This document shows, piece after piece, positions 1 through 9,845 of a stretch of DNA of 64,000 bases. The notes below the pieces were generated by a model that did no database searches, was not told the origin of the DNA, and was given only the letters and a program-made list of their open reading frames with translations. Source of the stretch: an uncultured Acidobacteriota bacterium (GTDB lineage Bacteria; Acidobacteriota; Polarisedimenticolia; J045); the NCBI GenBank assembly GCA_963702425.1, contig CAVPCQ010000011.1, positions 192,001-256,000 of the forward strand, read 5' to 3'. A program made the position numbers and the translations under genes. Position 1 is the stretch's first letter, and the number at the start of each line of letters is the position of its first letter.

Positions 1-2134
1 GTTGGCCATCTGGTTGATCGAGAACGCGCTGCCGAGGACGGGTCCCTGCTGTTGACCACTCTGGTCGAGGATATCGGCTGCACGGTGCGATCGGGGCCGT
101 TCTCGCTGGTGAATGGCAACAGGAAGGTATCGCCGTAGAAGCGACCCCAGCTCCCGGAAAGCTTCGTCTTGCCGTCATTGGCGGGATCCCAGGATGCCGA
201 GATGCGCGGAGCGAGGTTGTTGTTGACCTCCGAGAGCACCTCCGGCTGGCGGAACTGGCGCTCGTCGGCCGGGAGGCCGGACAAAAGGGCGCAAATCTGG
301 TTATTCGGGGCGGTCAGGCAGGTCGGGTAGAGCGACGGGTTGTCCAGGTCGGCGAAGGTCAGGAGATAGGCCTTGGTCTGGACGCAGTAGCGCGCGTTGT
401 CCCCGCCCCGGATGCAGTCCTGGACGGCGGCCTGGTAGATCTCGCGCTGTTTCTTCGGGTTGATGTTCACGAAGCCGGTCGACTCGATCTCCTCGCGGCT
501 CCAGCGCACACCCAGCGTCACCGAGAGATTCGGCAGCGGATCGTACGTGTCCGACAGGTAGAACGCATAGTAGTCGCCCGCCGCTTTGACGTCGCTCTTG
601 GGGGGGAGAACAATGTGTAGTTGAGCACGTACCTCGGAACATTCTCACCCTGTTCCCCCTCTCTGCCCTGGATTTCGTCGATGTCGATGACGTTGTCGAT
701 GCTCAGGGCGCGGCCGAAGTCCGTCATCTCATAGGCAAAGCCGCCCTTGACCCGATGCGAGCCGCCGAGCCACTCCTGGACGAATTGCTCGGCGTCGAGC
801 TTGTAGGTCCAGCGCTCGCGCGTGTCCGAGTAGCGCCTGAAGTACGGACCACTCCGGCGCTGCGTGCGCTGGTCGGTGCAGTACAGGTCTTTGTAGGGCT
901 CGTAGCCGCAGGTATTGATCGCGTTCGGGTCGAACGGATTGATGTCGTAGCCGACGTCCGAGTAGCCGAGAAGGGCCTCGAAGAAGAAGGTCGGCGAGTA
1001 GGGAGCCGTCCAGCGCATCGTGTAGGTCGGACCTCCGCCCGAGAGGAGCGCACCGGTCTCGAGCGGCGTGATGCTGTCCACGAAGGCCGGGCTGAGGTCG
1101 AACGGGTCGGCGCGGTACTGGAGCTGCAGGCGGTTCTTGGGAGAGACCTGCCAGGTCAGCTGGTAGAGCGGGAGGCTCGCTTTCCGCTGCTGCACGTACG
1201 ATTCGCCGCCGATGACCTGGATCGGGAAGGAGGCATCGAGGTACTCATAGCTGAGCATGTACCAGAGATGGTCCTTGACCAGCGGGCCGGAGAAGTAGAC
1301 CGACGGCTGGAACAGCTGGTAGTTCAGGGGATCGCTGCCGCCCGCGCCGTCGTAGTCGAAGATGCTGTTGCGGAAGAAGAGATTGAAGGTCGCCTCGAAC
1401 TGGTTGCCGCCGGTCTTGGTGGTGATCCGGCCGAAGCCGCCGACCGCGCCGCCGAACGACGCGTCCGCGCCCGACTCGACGACCTGGATCTCCTCGATCG
1501 CGTCGGGATTGATGTTTCCCTGGGCCTGCCCCGAGAGCGGATCGACGTTGCTCACGCCGTCGACGTCCATCTTGAAGTCGCGCTCTCGCGAGCCGTGGAC
1601 GTTCGGGTTGCCGTCACCGTCCGAGTCCTGGACGCCGGGGGCCAGGGTCAGGACCTGCTGGTACTCGCGGCCCGCCACGGGGAGGTCGGCGAACGTCTCG
1701 GCGCTGATGCTCGTGCTCGATTCCGCGCCCTTGTCGAGCTCGACCGTCTTTTCCTTGCCGACGACGGTGACCTGCTCCTGGATCTCCGCGAGCAGCGTGA
1801 TGACCAGCTCGACCGACTGACCGTCACCGATCTTGATGTCCTTGGTGACGGTCGAATAACCCGGGAAACTGATCGTCACCGCGTAGTCGTCCGGCGCCAG
1901 GCTTTCGAAGGCCGAGATCCCGTCGATGTCGGTGATCGAGGCCTTGGGCTGGCTCTTGTTCGCCTTGCTCGCCAGCGCGACCTGGGCGCCGGGGATCGTT
2001 TCCTTCGTCTTGCCCGACTGCGTGAAGACGGTGACCTTCAGTCTCCCCGGCGCGGCCAGCGCTGCCGTGGAGGCGGCGAGAAACAGTGCCACGCAAAGGG
2101 CGACCGTCCCCACGACGAACAGCCTCGACCTCAT
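1..2134 (-). CDS. TonB-dependent receptor with N-terminal carboxypeptidase-regulatory-like domain; runs off the left edge; frameshift in G7 run at 600-606
   Basis: ATG at 2134 (MRSRLFVV, signal peptide) after GGAGGAAGGG. Plug motifs LPVAGREYQQVLTLAPGV, VDGVSNVDP, INPDAIEEIQV. After the C7 tract another frame continues with barrel motifs YLSDTYDPLPNLSVTLGVRW and NNNLAPRISASWDPANDGKTKLSGSWGRFY. Confidence 0.9.
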
Positions 2135-2313
2135 CCCTTCCTCCCCAGTCTCCCGGGTCGTCACGACCGGAGGGCGGAACCTCCCCGCGCGGGGAGCCTT
2201 CGCCGTGCTTCGCCTCTCCGGCTTTCCGCCCGCTGTTGCCGCATCACCCTCCGAGGGAGCATCGGTGCCGATTTCCGGCAGGCCGGGCGGGTCGGACGCG
2301 GCGCGGGCGACTC

Positions 2314-2343
2314 CGTATACCGCCCCTCCCGCGCCCGGGTCAA
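2314..2343 (-). promoter_or_regulatory. possible sigma-70 promoter of the TonB-dependent receptor
   Basis: Minus strand TTGACC-18 bp-TATACG, about 180 bp upstream of the ATG; imperfect -10. Confidence 0.3.
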
Positions 2344-2554
2344 GCCGGATCGGCCCAGAAGTGACGGCGCCCGGCCGGCCTGACTCGGAACGGCGAAGCG
2401 CCACAGCTTCCGGGTACCGGCCGACGGGCGGCGCGAGACCCCGCCACGCCTTCCCACGTCCCTCCACGAGCAAGAGTAGCCCGTCGGACGTCCGGGGAGA
2501 CCCGCGCCCGGACCACTCCCTGCGGCGGATTCGCCGCGGTCCCGATCCCGGGTC

Positions 2555-3958
2555 TCAGGCCTCGCGGATCCCGAGGCGCTTGATCTTCTCGTTGAGGGTC
2601 GTCGGCTTCAGACCGAGGCGTTCGGCCGCCCGCCGCTGGACGCCGCCTGACTCGTCGAGGGCCCAGCGGATCAGCGCTCGCTCGTACTCGGACACCGCGT
2701 CTTCGAAGGTCGCTCCGGGCGGGAGCCCCGGGACGACAGCCGCGGCCCGGGGCTGAAGGACCTCCTCCGGCAGCGAGTCCACCCCGATCTCGCCGGCTGG
2801 CGCCAGGAGCACGGCCCGCTCCGCCACGTTCCGCAGCTGACGGACGTTCCCCGGCCAGTCGAACCGGACGAGAGCCCGCAGCGCCTCGGACGACAGCCGA
2901 ACGCCCGGGCGCCCGTGCTCGGCTCCGAACTCCTCGAGGAAGTGCTCGACCAGGAGCGGGACATCTTCCCGGCGCTCGCGGAGCGCGGGGAGCCGGATCG
3001 TGACGACGTTCAGGCGGTAGAAGAGATCCTCCCGGAATGCGCCCTGCCGGACCCGCTCTTCGAGGTCCTCGTTGGTGGCCGCGAGGATCCGGACGTCGAC
3101 CCGGACCGGCTTGACCGATCCGAGCGGCAGGAACTCCTTCTCCTGCAGGACGCGCAGCAGCTTGGATTGAACCTCCGGCGGAAGGGTGCTGATCTCGTCA
3201 AAAAAGAGCGTCCCGCCGTCGGCGGCCTCGAACAGCCCGCGGTGTTCGGAAACCGCCCCTGTGAAGGCTCCCCGGGCGTGGCCGAACAGGTGCGACTCGA
3301 TCAGGTCGGTCGGAAGGTTCGAACTGTTGACCACGAGGAACGGGGCCTCGCTCCGCGAGCCGTGGCGGTGGATCGCGACGGCGACGAGTTCCTTGCCGGT
3401 CCCGCTCTCGCCCTGGATCAGGACCGTCGTCCGGGCCGGCGCCACCTGCTCGATCATCCGGTAGACCGCTTCCATCCCGGCGGAGCGCCCAACCAGTTCC
3501 CCGACGCGCCGCCGGTCCGCCAGCGCACGCCGCAGGCCGGCGTTCTCCTCGCGCAGCCGCCGCTGGGTGAGCGCCGTCTCGACCAGCAGCACGACCTCTT
3601 CGTTCTGGAACGGCTTCGTGAGGTAGTGGAAGGCTCCGGCCTGCATCGCCTCGACCGCAGTCTCGACCGAACCGTGCGCGGTGACCATGATCACTTCGAC
3701 CAGCGGGTGACCGGCGCGCATCGCGTGCAGGAGTGCGAGGCCGCTGGTTCCGGGCAGGAAGAGGTCGAGCAGCACGACGTCGATCGGCTCGGAGGCGAGC
3801 GCCCGTTCCGACTCGGCCGCGTTGCGCGCCAGCACGATCCGATGGCCCCGGCGCGCCAGCAGTGTGGACAGGACGTCGCGGATGACCTCCTCGTCGTCCA
3901 CCACCAGGATCGTTCCGCAGTTCGGGCCGGCCGCCGCCTCAGCCGGCAAGGCTGCCAC
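2555..3958 (-). CDS. sigma-54-dependent response regulator (NtrC/AtoC family bEBP: REC-AAA+-HTH)
   Basis: Receiver LVVDD..LLD..T..KP; Walker A GESGTGKE; GAFTGA; FFDEI; FREDLFYRLNV; WPGNVRQL; C-terminal Fis HTH. GGAGGAG before the GTG start. Confidence 0.96.
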   Translation of the reverse strand: MAALPAEAAAGPNCGTILVVDDEEVIRDVLSTLLARRGHRIVLARNAAESERALASEPIDVVLLDLFLPGTSGLALLHAMRAGHPLVEVIMVTAHGSVETAVEAMQAGAFHYLTKPFQNEEVVLLVETALTQRRLREENAGLRRALADRRRVGELVGRSAGMEAVYRMIEQVAPARTTVLIQGESGTGKELVAVAIHRHGSRSEAPFLVVNSSNLPTDLIESHLFGHARGAFTGAVSEHRGLFEAADGGTLFFDEISTLPPEVQSKLLRVLQEKEFLPLGSVKPVRVDVRILAATNEDLEERVRQGAFREDLFYRLNVVTIRLPALRERREDVPLLVEHFLEEFGAEHGRPGVRLSSEALRALVRFDWPGNVRQLRNVAERAVLLAPAGEIGVDSLPEEVLQPRAAAVVPGLPPGATFEDAVSEYERALIRWALDESGGVQRRAAERLGLKPTTLNEKIKRLGIREA

Positions 3959-6782
3959 GCCGCTCCTCCGTCCGGGTGCCGGCCGACGTCGCGACGCGCG
4001 CTCCGGGGAGCACCACGCGCATCACCGTGCCCCGCCCCGGCTCGCTCTCTGCGAGGAGCGTCCCCTGGTGCTCCTGCACGATCGCGTAGCTGATCGAGAG
4101 GCCGAGGCCCGTCCCCTGGCCTGGCTTCTTGGTCGTGAAGAAGGGGTCGAAGATCCGGGCCTTGACGCTCTCCGGGATCCCGACGCCGTCATCCTCGATT
4201 TCGAAAAACGCGCGCCCGCTGGGGCTGTCGCCGACGCGCACGCGCACGTGTCCGCCGGGCCGCACCGCGTCGAGCGCGTTGAGCAGGAGGTTCAGCGCGA
4301 CCTGCTGCAGCCGCGCCCGGTCCGCCAGCGCCAGGACGCGAGGGAACTCGCGCGCGGTCAGCACCGTGGCGCCGGCTTGCCGCACCTGGTGCGAGAGCAG
4401 GCCGATCGTCTCGTCGATCAGCTCTCCGAGGTCGACCGGACCGAGCGCCAGTTCCGGGGCCACCTTGGGGCGAGAGAGGCGTAGCAGGCCCCGCGCGATC
4501 CCCGAGGCGCGATCGGCCTGCTGCACGATCTTCTCCAGGAGCGGCCGGCGTGGGTCGTCGCCGCCGGTCTCCTCGAGCAGGATCTGCGCGAAGGACGAGA
4601 TGCCGGTCAGCGGCGTGTTGACCTCGTGAGCCACCCCCGCCGCCAGCAGCCCGACCGAGGCCAGCCGGTCCTGCTGGATCAGCTGCTCTTCCATGAGCAC
4701 ACGGTCGGTGACGTCATCGAGGGTCAGCAGCACGCCGTCGGTACCGTCCGCCGACGCCAGCCGGCAGGCCGCGAGGTTCACCAACCTCGCACTGGCACCG
4801 CGTCCCAGTCGGACGCGGTAGGCTCGCGCCTCGCCCTGCCGGTCGACGTGCCGCAGCATGTCGGCCACGAGCGCCGCCATCGTCGGGTCGAGCACTTCCG
4901 CATAGGGTTGCCCGAGCACCGCGGCGCGAGCGCGCGAGGACAGTCGCTCGAGCGCCGGGTTGAAGTGCCGGATCAACCCTTCGCCGTCGATCACCGCCAT
5001 CCCGATCGGGCTGCCGTCGATCAGTGCCTCGCTGCGCGCCTGGAGCCGTTGAACGAGCTCGACCTGCTCTTCCAGCCGCGCGAGGTGCTGGGCCCCGGCG
5101 ACCGCGGCGGCGGCGTGGTGCGCCACCGAACGCAGCAGGTCCAGGTCGTCGGAGTCCAGCAGCCGGGCGGTGTGCCGAGGCCCGACCGCGAGGACCGCGA
5201 TCAGCCGCTCCTCGACCGACAACGGCACCAGCACCTGGACGCGGGCGCCGTGCAGCGTCGGCAGCCGCTCGGGTGCTGCCGGGACCATCGCCAGCGACAC
5301 GACCTCGCCTCGGTCCAGGCGCCGGGCCGCGTCCGGAGGGAGCGAGTCGGGGAGCGTGTTCTGGGTCACCGGATCGATCAACCGGCCGGCGGGCGAGACG
5401 ATCAGCAGCCGAACGGCGCCGGCGTCGAGCGCCTCCGCCACGCGCCGCTCGAGGGAGCTCGCGAGCCGGGGCAGGTCGAGTTCGGCGTTGAGGTCGCGGG
5501 CCACGCGCTCGAGCGCGCGGCGGAAGCTGTGCCGGCGACGATAGTAGATCCGGCTGACCAGGTCGCGCGTGCCGGCACGGATCGCCGGCGCCAGCAGCGC
5601 GGTGATCATTGCTGCGATCAGTGCGGGCGCAAGGCCGGACGGCTGCAGCAGCGGCACCAGCGCCCAGCGTGTCAGGCTGAGCACGCCGAGGAAGAGCGTG
5701 AGCGTGAAGGCCAGGGTCGCGGTCGCCGTGACCAGCCGGCGGCCGAAGAGCGCCAGGTCCATCAGGCGGTACTCGAGCACGGCCCCGGTGAAGGCGAGCG
5801 GCACCAGCGCGAGGGGCGGAAGTGCCAGCCAGCTGAGGGCCGGCTCGGCGCCGGTCATCCACTGCGGGAAGGCCGAGAGGGCCAGGTAGGGCGCGAACCC
5901 GGCGGTCGATCCAACGAGGATCCAGCGCGCCTTGGCCCGCGCCGCGGCGTCACGCGCACGAAGCGCCGCAGCCGCCAGCAGCAGCAGGCCCAGCGACAGT
6001 CCGCTCGCGACCCAGAGCAGCTCGGCACGCGACTGAAGCAGGTCGATCAGTCCGACCGGCTCGGTGGCCAGGCGGGCCTTCCCCAGGCCGACGAGCTGGA
6101 TCTCGACGAACAACAACGCGACGGCCGGTGCATAGAGCACGGGAATCGCGGCACGAAGCCGCCGGAAGCCGGGCTCGAGCACGACGACGAGGTGGACGAA
6201 GAGGGCCGGGAAGAAGAGGCGGGCCACCCGGTCGGCCCAGAAGAGCGGCCAGTCGGCGGTGGTGCCGGCGGACGACCACGAGACGCCGACGAGCACGCCG
6301 CCCGCGAGACACCAGACGGCGTAGATCCGGTCGGCCGCGCCGCCGCGCGGCCGCAGCATCACGGCGAGCGCACCGGCGAGGAAGGCCAGCCCGACGAAGC
6401 TCCCCAGGACCCGGTCGGGGCGCCAGCGCACCAGCGCGGCCGGGACGACGCGCAGCGGCACGGTCGCGCCTTCACGAAGGACGAGCACGCCAAGCCGGTC
6501 CCCAGCGGGATGGCCGGTCAGGACCGCCTGGGCCGCGACCACGGACTCGACCGGCGCCCCCCCGAGCCGCAGCAGGCGGTCGCCTTGCTGCACGCCCGCC
6601 AATGCGGCCGGGCCGGCCGGCGCCACCCCCGTCACGGCGACGCCGAACTCCCCCTGGCTGACCTGCATGCCGTACCACGGCGTCGTCTCGCGCCAGGTCC
6701 TCAGCGCCGAGATCGCAAGCAGTCCGAGCGCCACGGCAAGCGCCGCGCAGGCGGCAGCGGTGGTGAAGCGGCGGGCGGCCAC
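3939..6782 (-). CDS. membrane sensor histidine kinase (PDZ, multi-TM, GAF, PAS, HisKA, HATPase)
   Basis: PDZ motif VTGVAPAGPAALAGVQQGDRLLRLGG; multiple TM helices; H-box GVAHEVNTPL; N-box NLLLNALDA; DDGVG, FDPFFTTK, GTGLGL. Start re-set to GTG 6782 because the called ORF overlaps the upstream gene. Confidence 0.92.
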   Translation of the reverse strand: MAARRFTTAAACAALAVALGLLAISALRTWRETTPWYGMQVSQGEFGVAVTGVAPAGPAALAGVQQGDRLLRLGGAPVESVVAAQAVLTGHPAGDRLGVLVLREGATVPLRVVPAALVRWRPDRVLGSFVGLAFLAGALAVMLRPRGGAADRIYAVWCLAGGVLVGVSWSSAGTTADWPLFWADRVARLFFPALFVHLVVVLEPGFRRLRAAIPVLYAPAVALLFVEIQLVGLGKARLATEPVGLIDLLQSRAELLWVASGLSLGLLLLAAAALRARDAAARAKARWILVGSTAGFAPYLALSAFPQWMTGAEPALSWLALPPLALVPLAFTGAVLEYRLMDLALFGRRLVTATATLAFTLTLFLGVLSLTRWALVPLLQPSGLAPALIAAMITALLAPAIRAGTRDLVSRIYYRRRHSFRRALERVARDLNAELDLPRLASSLERRVAEALDAGAVRLLIVSPAGRLIDPVTQNTLPDSLPPDAARRLDRGEVVSLAMVPAAPERLPTLHGARVQVLVPLSVEERLIAVLAVGPRHTARLLDSDDLDLLRSVAHHAAAAVAGAQHLARLEEQVELVQRLQARSEALIDGSPIGMAVIDGEGLIRHFNPALERLSSRARAAVLGQPYAEVLDPTMAALVADMLRHVDRQGEARAYRVRLGRGASARLVNLAACRLASADGTDGVLLTLDDVTDRVLMEEQLIQQDRLASVGLLAAGVAHEVNTPLTGISSFAQILLEETGGDDPRRPLLEKIVQQADRASGIARGLLRLSRPKVAPELALGPVDLGELIDETIGLLSHQVRQAGATVLTAREFPRVLALADRARLQQVALNLLLNALDAVRPGGHVRVRVGDSPSGRAFFEIEDDGVGIPESVKARIFDPFFTTKKPGQGTGLGLSISYAIVQEHQGTLLAESEPGRGTVMRVVLPGARVATSAGTRTEERRGSLAG

Positions 6783-6799
6783 GGCCGGGCTCCCCGGGC

Positions 6800-8749
6800 C
6801 TAGAACTGCACGGCGAGGCCGCCGGAGAAGCGGCTCCGCTCGGTGAGCGCGGCCCGCACCGAGGGCGGTGGCTGGCCCTGATACTGCGCGGACTCGTAGG
6901 CCACGAGAACCGACGCGGTCGCGCCCCAGGCATCGCTGGCCAGCACGCGCTGGCGCACCCGCACCGCGCCCTGCCGCCAGGCCTCCGCACCGGACAGGAG
7001 CTCGGAGGCACCGCCAGCGTCGGTGAGCCGGTTCCAACTCAGCTCCATCGCGCTGCCGAAACGAGCCCAGCTGACCGCGATCAGCGCCTGATCGCCAGAG
7101 ATCGCCGCTTCGCCGACCACCGGCACGAGCAGCAGATCGTACGGGAGGACCGTCGCGAGTGTTCCCTCGACACGGAACCGGTCGAGCCCGACCTCGACGG
7201 AGAGCCCGTCCCATCCCGGCACCCACGAGCCACGCACCGACCAGCGCTGCGTCGAGGCGCCGCCCTGCGAGACCACGACCTGCGCCGCGCCCCCGCCTTT
7301 TCCGCCGTTCCAGGGCGCGAAGCCGGTCTCAGCCGAGCGCTGGATCGACCAGGCGTAGCCGTTGCCCTCGCCTCCGAGCCCCAGCAGGTAGACCGGAGTC
7401 GCCGGTCCGGTGGAGTCGAGCGAGGCCCCGCCCTCGGCACGCACTGCGATCCCAGGGATGAACTCCCAGCGGAGGCCGGCGGTCATGCCACCGACCGTCG
7501 CCGCCCACGGCCCGCGGCTGGTGGAGGCCATCGTACGACCCACGAGGATGACCTCCTCCGAGAGGCGTACACGGTCGAGCAGGAGAACCGTGCCACCGGA
7601 GGCGCCGATGTCCTGCAGGGTCGCGCGCGGCGCGGTCCGCTCGAGCGGCGAAGCAAGCTGCCCGGCGGCCGCGGTCCAGCCGGTGTCGGCGGACTGCGCT
7701 CCGGCTGAGAGTTCGACATCGTGCCTGCCGTGAGTCGTGTTCCAGCTGACCCCGAACGATGCGCGGTAGGCCCGGAACGGATCGGCGGGCGAGGCGTTCA
7801 CGCCGCCGACCGACTCGCTGCCCGCGAGCGTCTCGGCGTCGAAGACGAGGCCGAGCAGGTCGCCTTCGCCAGCGCGCAGCGAGGCCGCGTGCAGCCGCTG
7901 GCCGTCGAACGAGCTGTCGAACGACCCGGTGCCGGGCACCCGCCCCTGGCGCTCGTCCCTCACGCCGCCCAGCTGCGCCTCAATCGAGCCCAGCCCCGTT
8001 TCGATCGGCACGATCCAGGACAGCTGGAGTGCGTCGGCGATCCCTTCCAGGCCGGAGGAGGAACCGTCCGTCACGCGAACGAAGTCGATGCCGAGCGGCC
8101 CGACGGCGGCCAGGTCCAGCCAGGCGCCGAGATGGGCCGACATCCCGCGACCGTCCCCCGCGCCGTCCTCGACCCGTCCGCCGGCCACCTCGACGAGAAC
8201 CGCCTGCTCGCGCCGTGCGCCCGCGTCGGGCACCTGCGAGAGGACCGCCGGCACGCTCTGATCGACATCTTCGAGCAGGTCTCTCGACGGAAGGCGCAGC
8301 GCCCAGCGGCGCCCGTCGGGCGCGACGCCGGGGGCCGGGGCGGCACTGCTCGGGCGCAGGATCAATTGCAGCGTCTCGCGGGCCAGCGTGCTGACCTTGC
8401 CGACCAGCACCGCGTAGCCGGCCTTCGCGGCAACGAGGCGATAGTCTCCCGCGGGCACGCCCTCGAACTCGAAGCGACCCTCTCCGTCGGTTTGAGTTGC
8501 GAAGAGAACCGCGGCGGCGCCGGCCGAAGCGGCCCACGGCGCGATCCGGATCTCCACGCCGGCGAGCGCGATGCCGGCGTCATCGACGGCGACGCCCGCG
8601 AGCGGGTGCGGCCCGGCAGATGCCGGCCCGGCGGCCCAGGCCGTCGGGGCCAGTGGCCCCGCGAGGAACAGGATCGCGACGAGCACGGTGACCGCGACCG
8701 ATACAGCGTGCCGCAAGGCGGCCGGTCTTTCGGCGGTTGGTACGGCCAT
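6800..8749 (-). CDS. putative outer-membrane protein with carboxypeptidase-regulatory-like N-terminal domain
   Basis: ATG 8749 after GGAGG; signal peptide; TQTDGEGRFEFEGVPAGDYRLVAAKAGY motif; amphipathic beta-strands; ends in aromatic ...LAVQF typical of beta-barrel signals. Confidence 0.7.
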   Translation of the reverse strand: MAVPTAERPAALRHAVSVAVTVLVAILFLAGPLAPTAWAAGPASAGPHPLAGVAVDDAGIALAGVEIRIAPWAASAGAAAVLFATQTDGEGRFEFEGVPAGDYRLVAAKAGYAVLVGKVSTLARETLQLILRPSSAAPAPGVAPDGRRWALRLPSRDLLEDVDQSVPAVLSQVPDAGARREQAVLVEVAGGRVEDGAGDGRGMSAHLGAWLDLAAVGPLGIDFVRVTDGSSSGLEGIADALQLSWIVPIETGLGSIEAQLGGVRDERQGRVPGTGSFDSSFDGQRLHAASLRAGEGDLLGLVFDAETLAGSESVGGVNASPADPFRAYRASFGVSWNTTHGRHDVELSAGAQSADTGWTAAAGQLASPLERTAPRATLQDIGASGGTVLLLDRVRLSEEVILVGRTMASTSRGPWAATVGGMTAGLRWEFIPGIAVRAEGGASLDSTGPATPVYLLGLGGEGNGYAWSIQRSAETGFAPWNGGKGGGAAQVVVSQGGASTQRWSVRGSWVPGWDGLSVEVGLDRFRVEGTLATVLPYDLLLVPVVGEAAISGDQALIAVSWARFGSAMELSWNRLTDAGGASELLSGAEAWRQGAVRVRQRVLASDAWGATASVLVAYESAQYQGQPPPSVRAALTERSRFSGGLAVQF

Positions 8750-8912
8750 CTGTCGCCTCCCTCGCCCGCTCCGCCTGCAACAACACCGCGGGCGCCCGGA
8801 GGTTGCGCCACCTGCCGCGGATCCTGCGCATCCGCCGGGCCCTACACTTATTATGGCATCGGCTTCCCCGGGAGGTTCCCTCAGGGCGGGCCCATGCGGT
8901 GCGGATGCTGAA

Positions 8913-9830
8913 ATGCCTAACATCCACAATTGTTCAAAGTATTTCATATTAGCCGTTCCGGGTGCGCTCATGCTCGCCGCCTTGGCCGGGGGGGCGTCGA
9001 TTCCCGCGCGCGCGGAGGGGGGGCTCCCCCCGGTCCGCCTGGTCCATGACACGGTGGTCAGCCTCAGGGTCCAACTCACGTTGCGCAGCCCGGAAGGGGT
9101 GCTCGGGACCGCCGAGGAGACGCTCCACGGTCTGGCCGGCGAGACGCTGGTGCTCGCGCGGTCGCTGGGAGACGGACCACGGCCCCTCTCGGTCGTGCTG
9201 ACGGTCGTTCCCCACGCCGACGAAAGCGGTTCCTGCCGGCTCGAGGTTCGCTCGGAAGTCTCTCGCGGGCAGCCGGTGCCGATCGTCGCCAGTCGCATTC
9301 TGACGACCGCTTCCGAGCGGCTCAGCCTGGTCGACATCTGGACCGACCGCGCCGATCGGCTGCGACTCGTCGCGGCCTTCACGGCCAGCTGGGAGATCGT
9401 CCCGCGGCTGACCGCGCTGGCGCCGGAGAGCGAACCTGTCGAACTGCTCTTCGAGCTCGTCGATGCAACCGACCCCGCCCGGCCCGAGCTGATCGAGCGG
9501 CACCGCCTGGGAGGGATCGTCGGCGCGAAGACGCTCTACACGTTCGCCCAGGCCGCGGGGAAGCCCGTCTCGAGCACGGGCCGGGCCCTCGCCGGCAGCG
9601 ATCACGCGGGCGCACGGCTGGTGCTGGAGGCCCTGCCGCAGTCGATCGATGCCGGTCTCCTGACGCTGGCGCTGCGGCTGCAGTACCAGACGACGGATCC
9701 TGCAGCTCCCGTCCCGCCGCTCGACCTGTCGCTCGAGGATCGCGTGCCGCCGGGCAGCGGCGTCGAGATCGCGCTGCCGAGGAAACCCGGCGAACCGGCG
9801 CTCCTGTTCAGGGTCACGCCCTATTTCTGA
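8913..9830 (+). CDS. hypothetical secreted protein (about 305 aa, beta-rich)
   Basis: Signal-peptide-like N-terminus ending ARA; GC3-biased codons; fills the gap before gatC. Start could instead be ATG 8970. Confidence 0.6.
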   Translation: MPNIHNCSKYFILAVPGALMLAALAGGASIPARAEGGLPPVRLVHDTVVSLRVQLTLRSPEGVLGTAEETLHGLAGETLVLARSLGDGPRPLSVVLTVVPHADESGSCRLEVRSEVSRGQPVPIVASRILTTASERLSLVDIWTDRADRLRLVAAFTASWEIVPRLTALAPESEPVELLFELVDATDPARPELIERHRLGGIVGAKTLYTFAQAAGKPVSSTGRALAGSDHAGARLVLEALPQSIDAGLLTLALRLQYQTTDPAAPVPPLDLSLEDRVPPGSGVEIALPRKPGEPALLFRVTPYF

Positions 9831-9845
9831 CGGTACTATGGGCGC

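Noticed and set aside
1-2134. Lower GC of the TBDR gene as horizontal transfer
   Set aside because: Explained by amino-acid composition (Asn/Tyr/Phe/Ile-rich); third positions remain GC-rich and no mobility signs are present.
2280-2480. Cobalamin or c-di-GMP riboswitch upstream of the TBDR
   Set aside because: Only an isolated GGGAAGG; the B12 box, GCCACTG and GEMM core motifs are absent.
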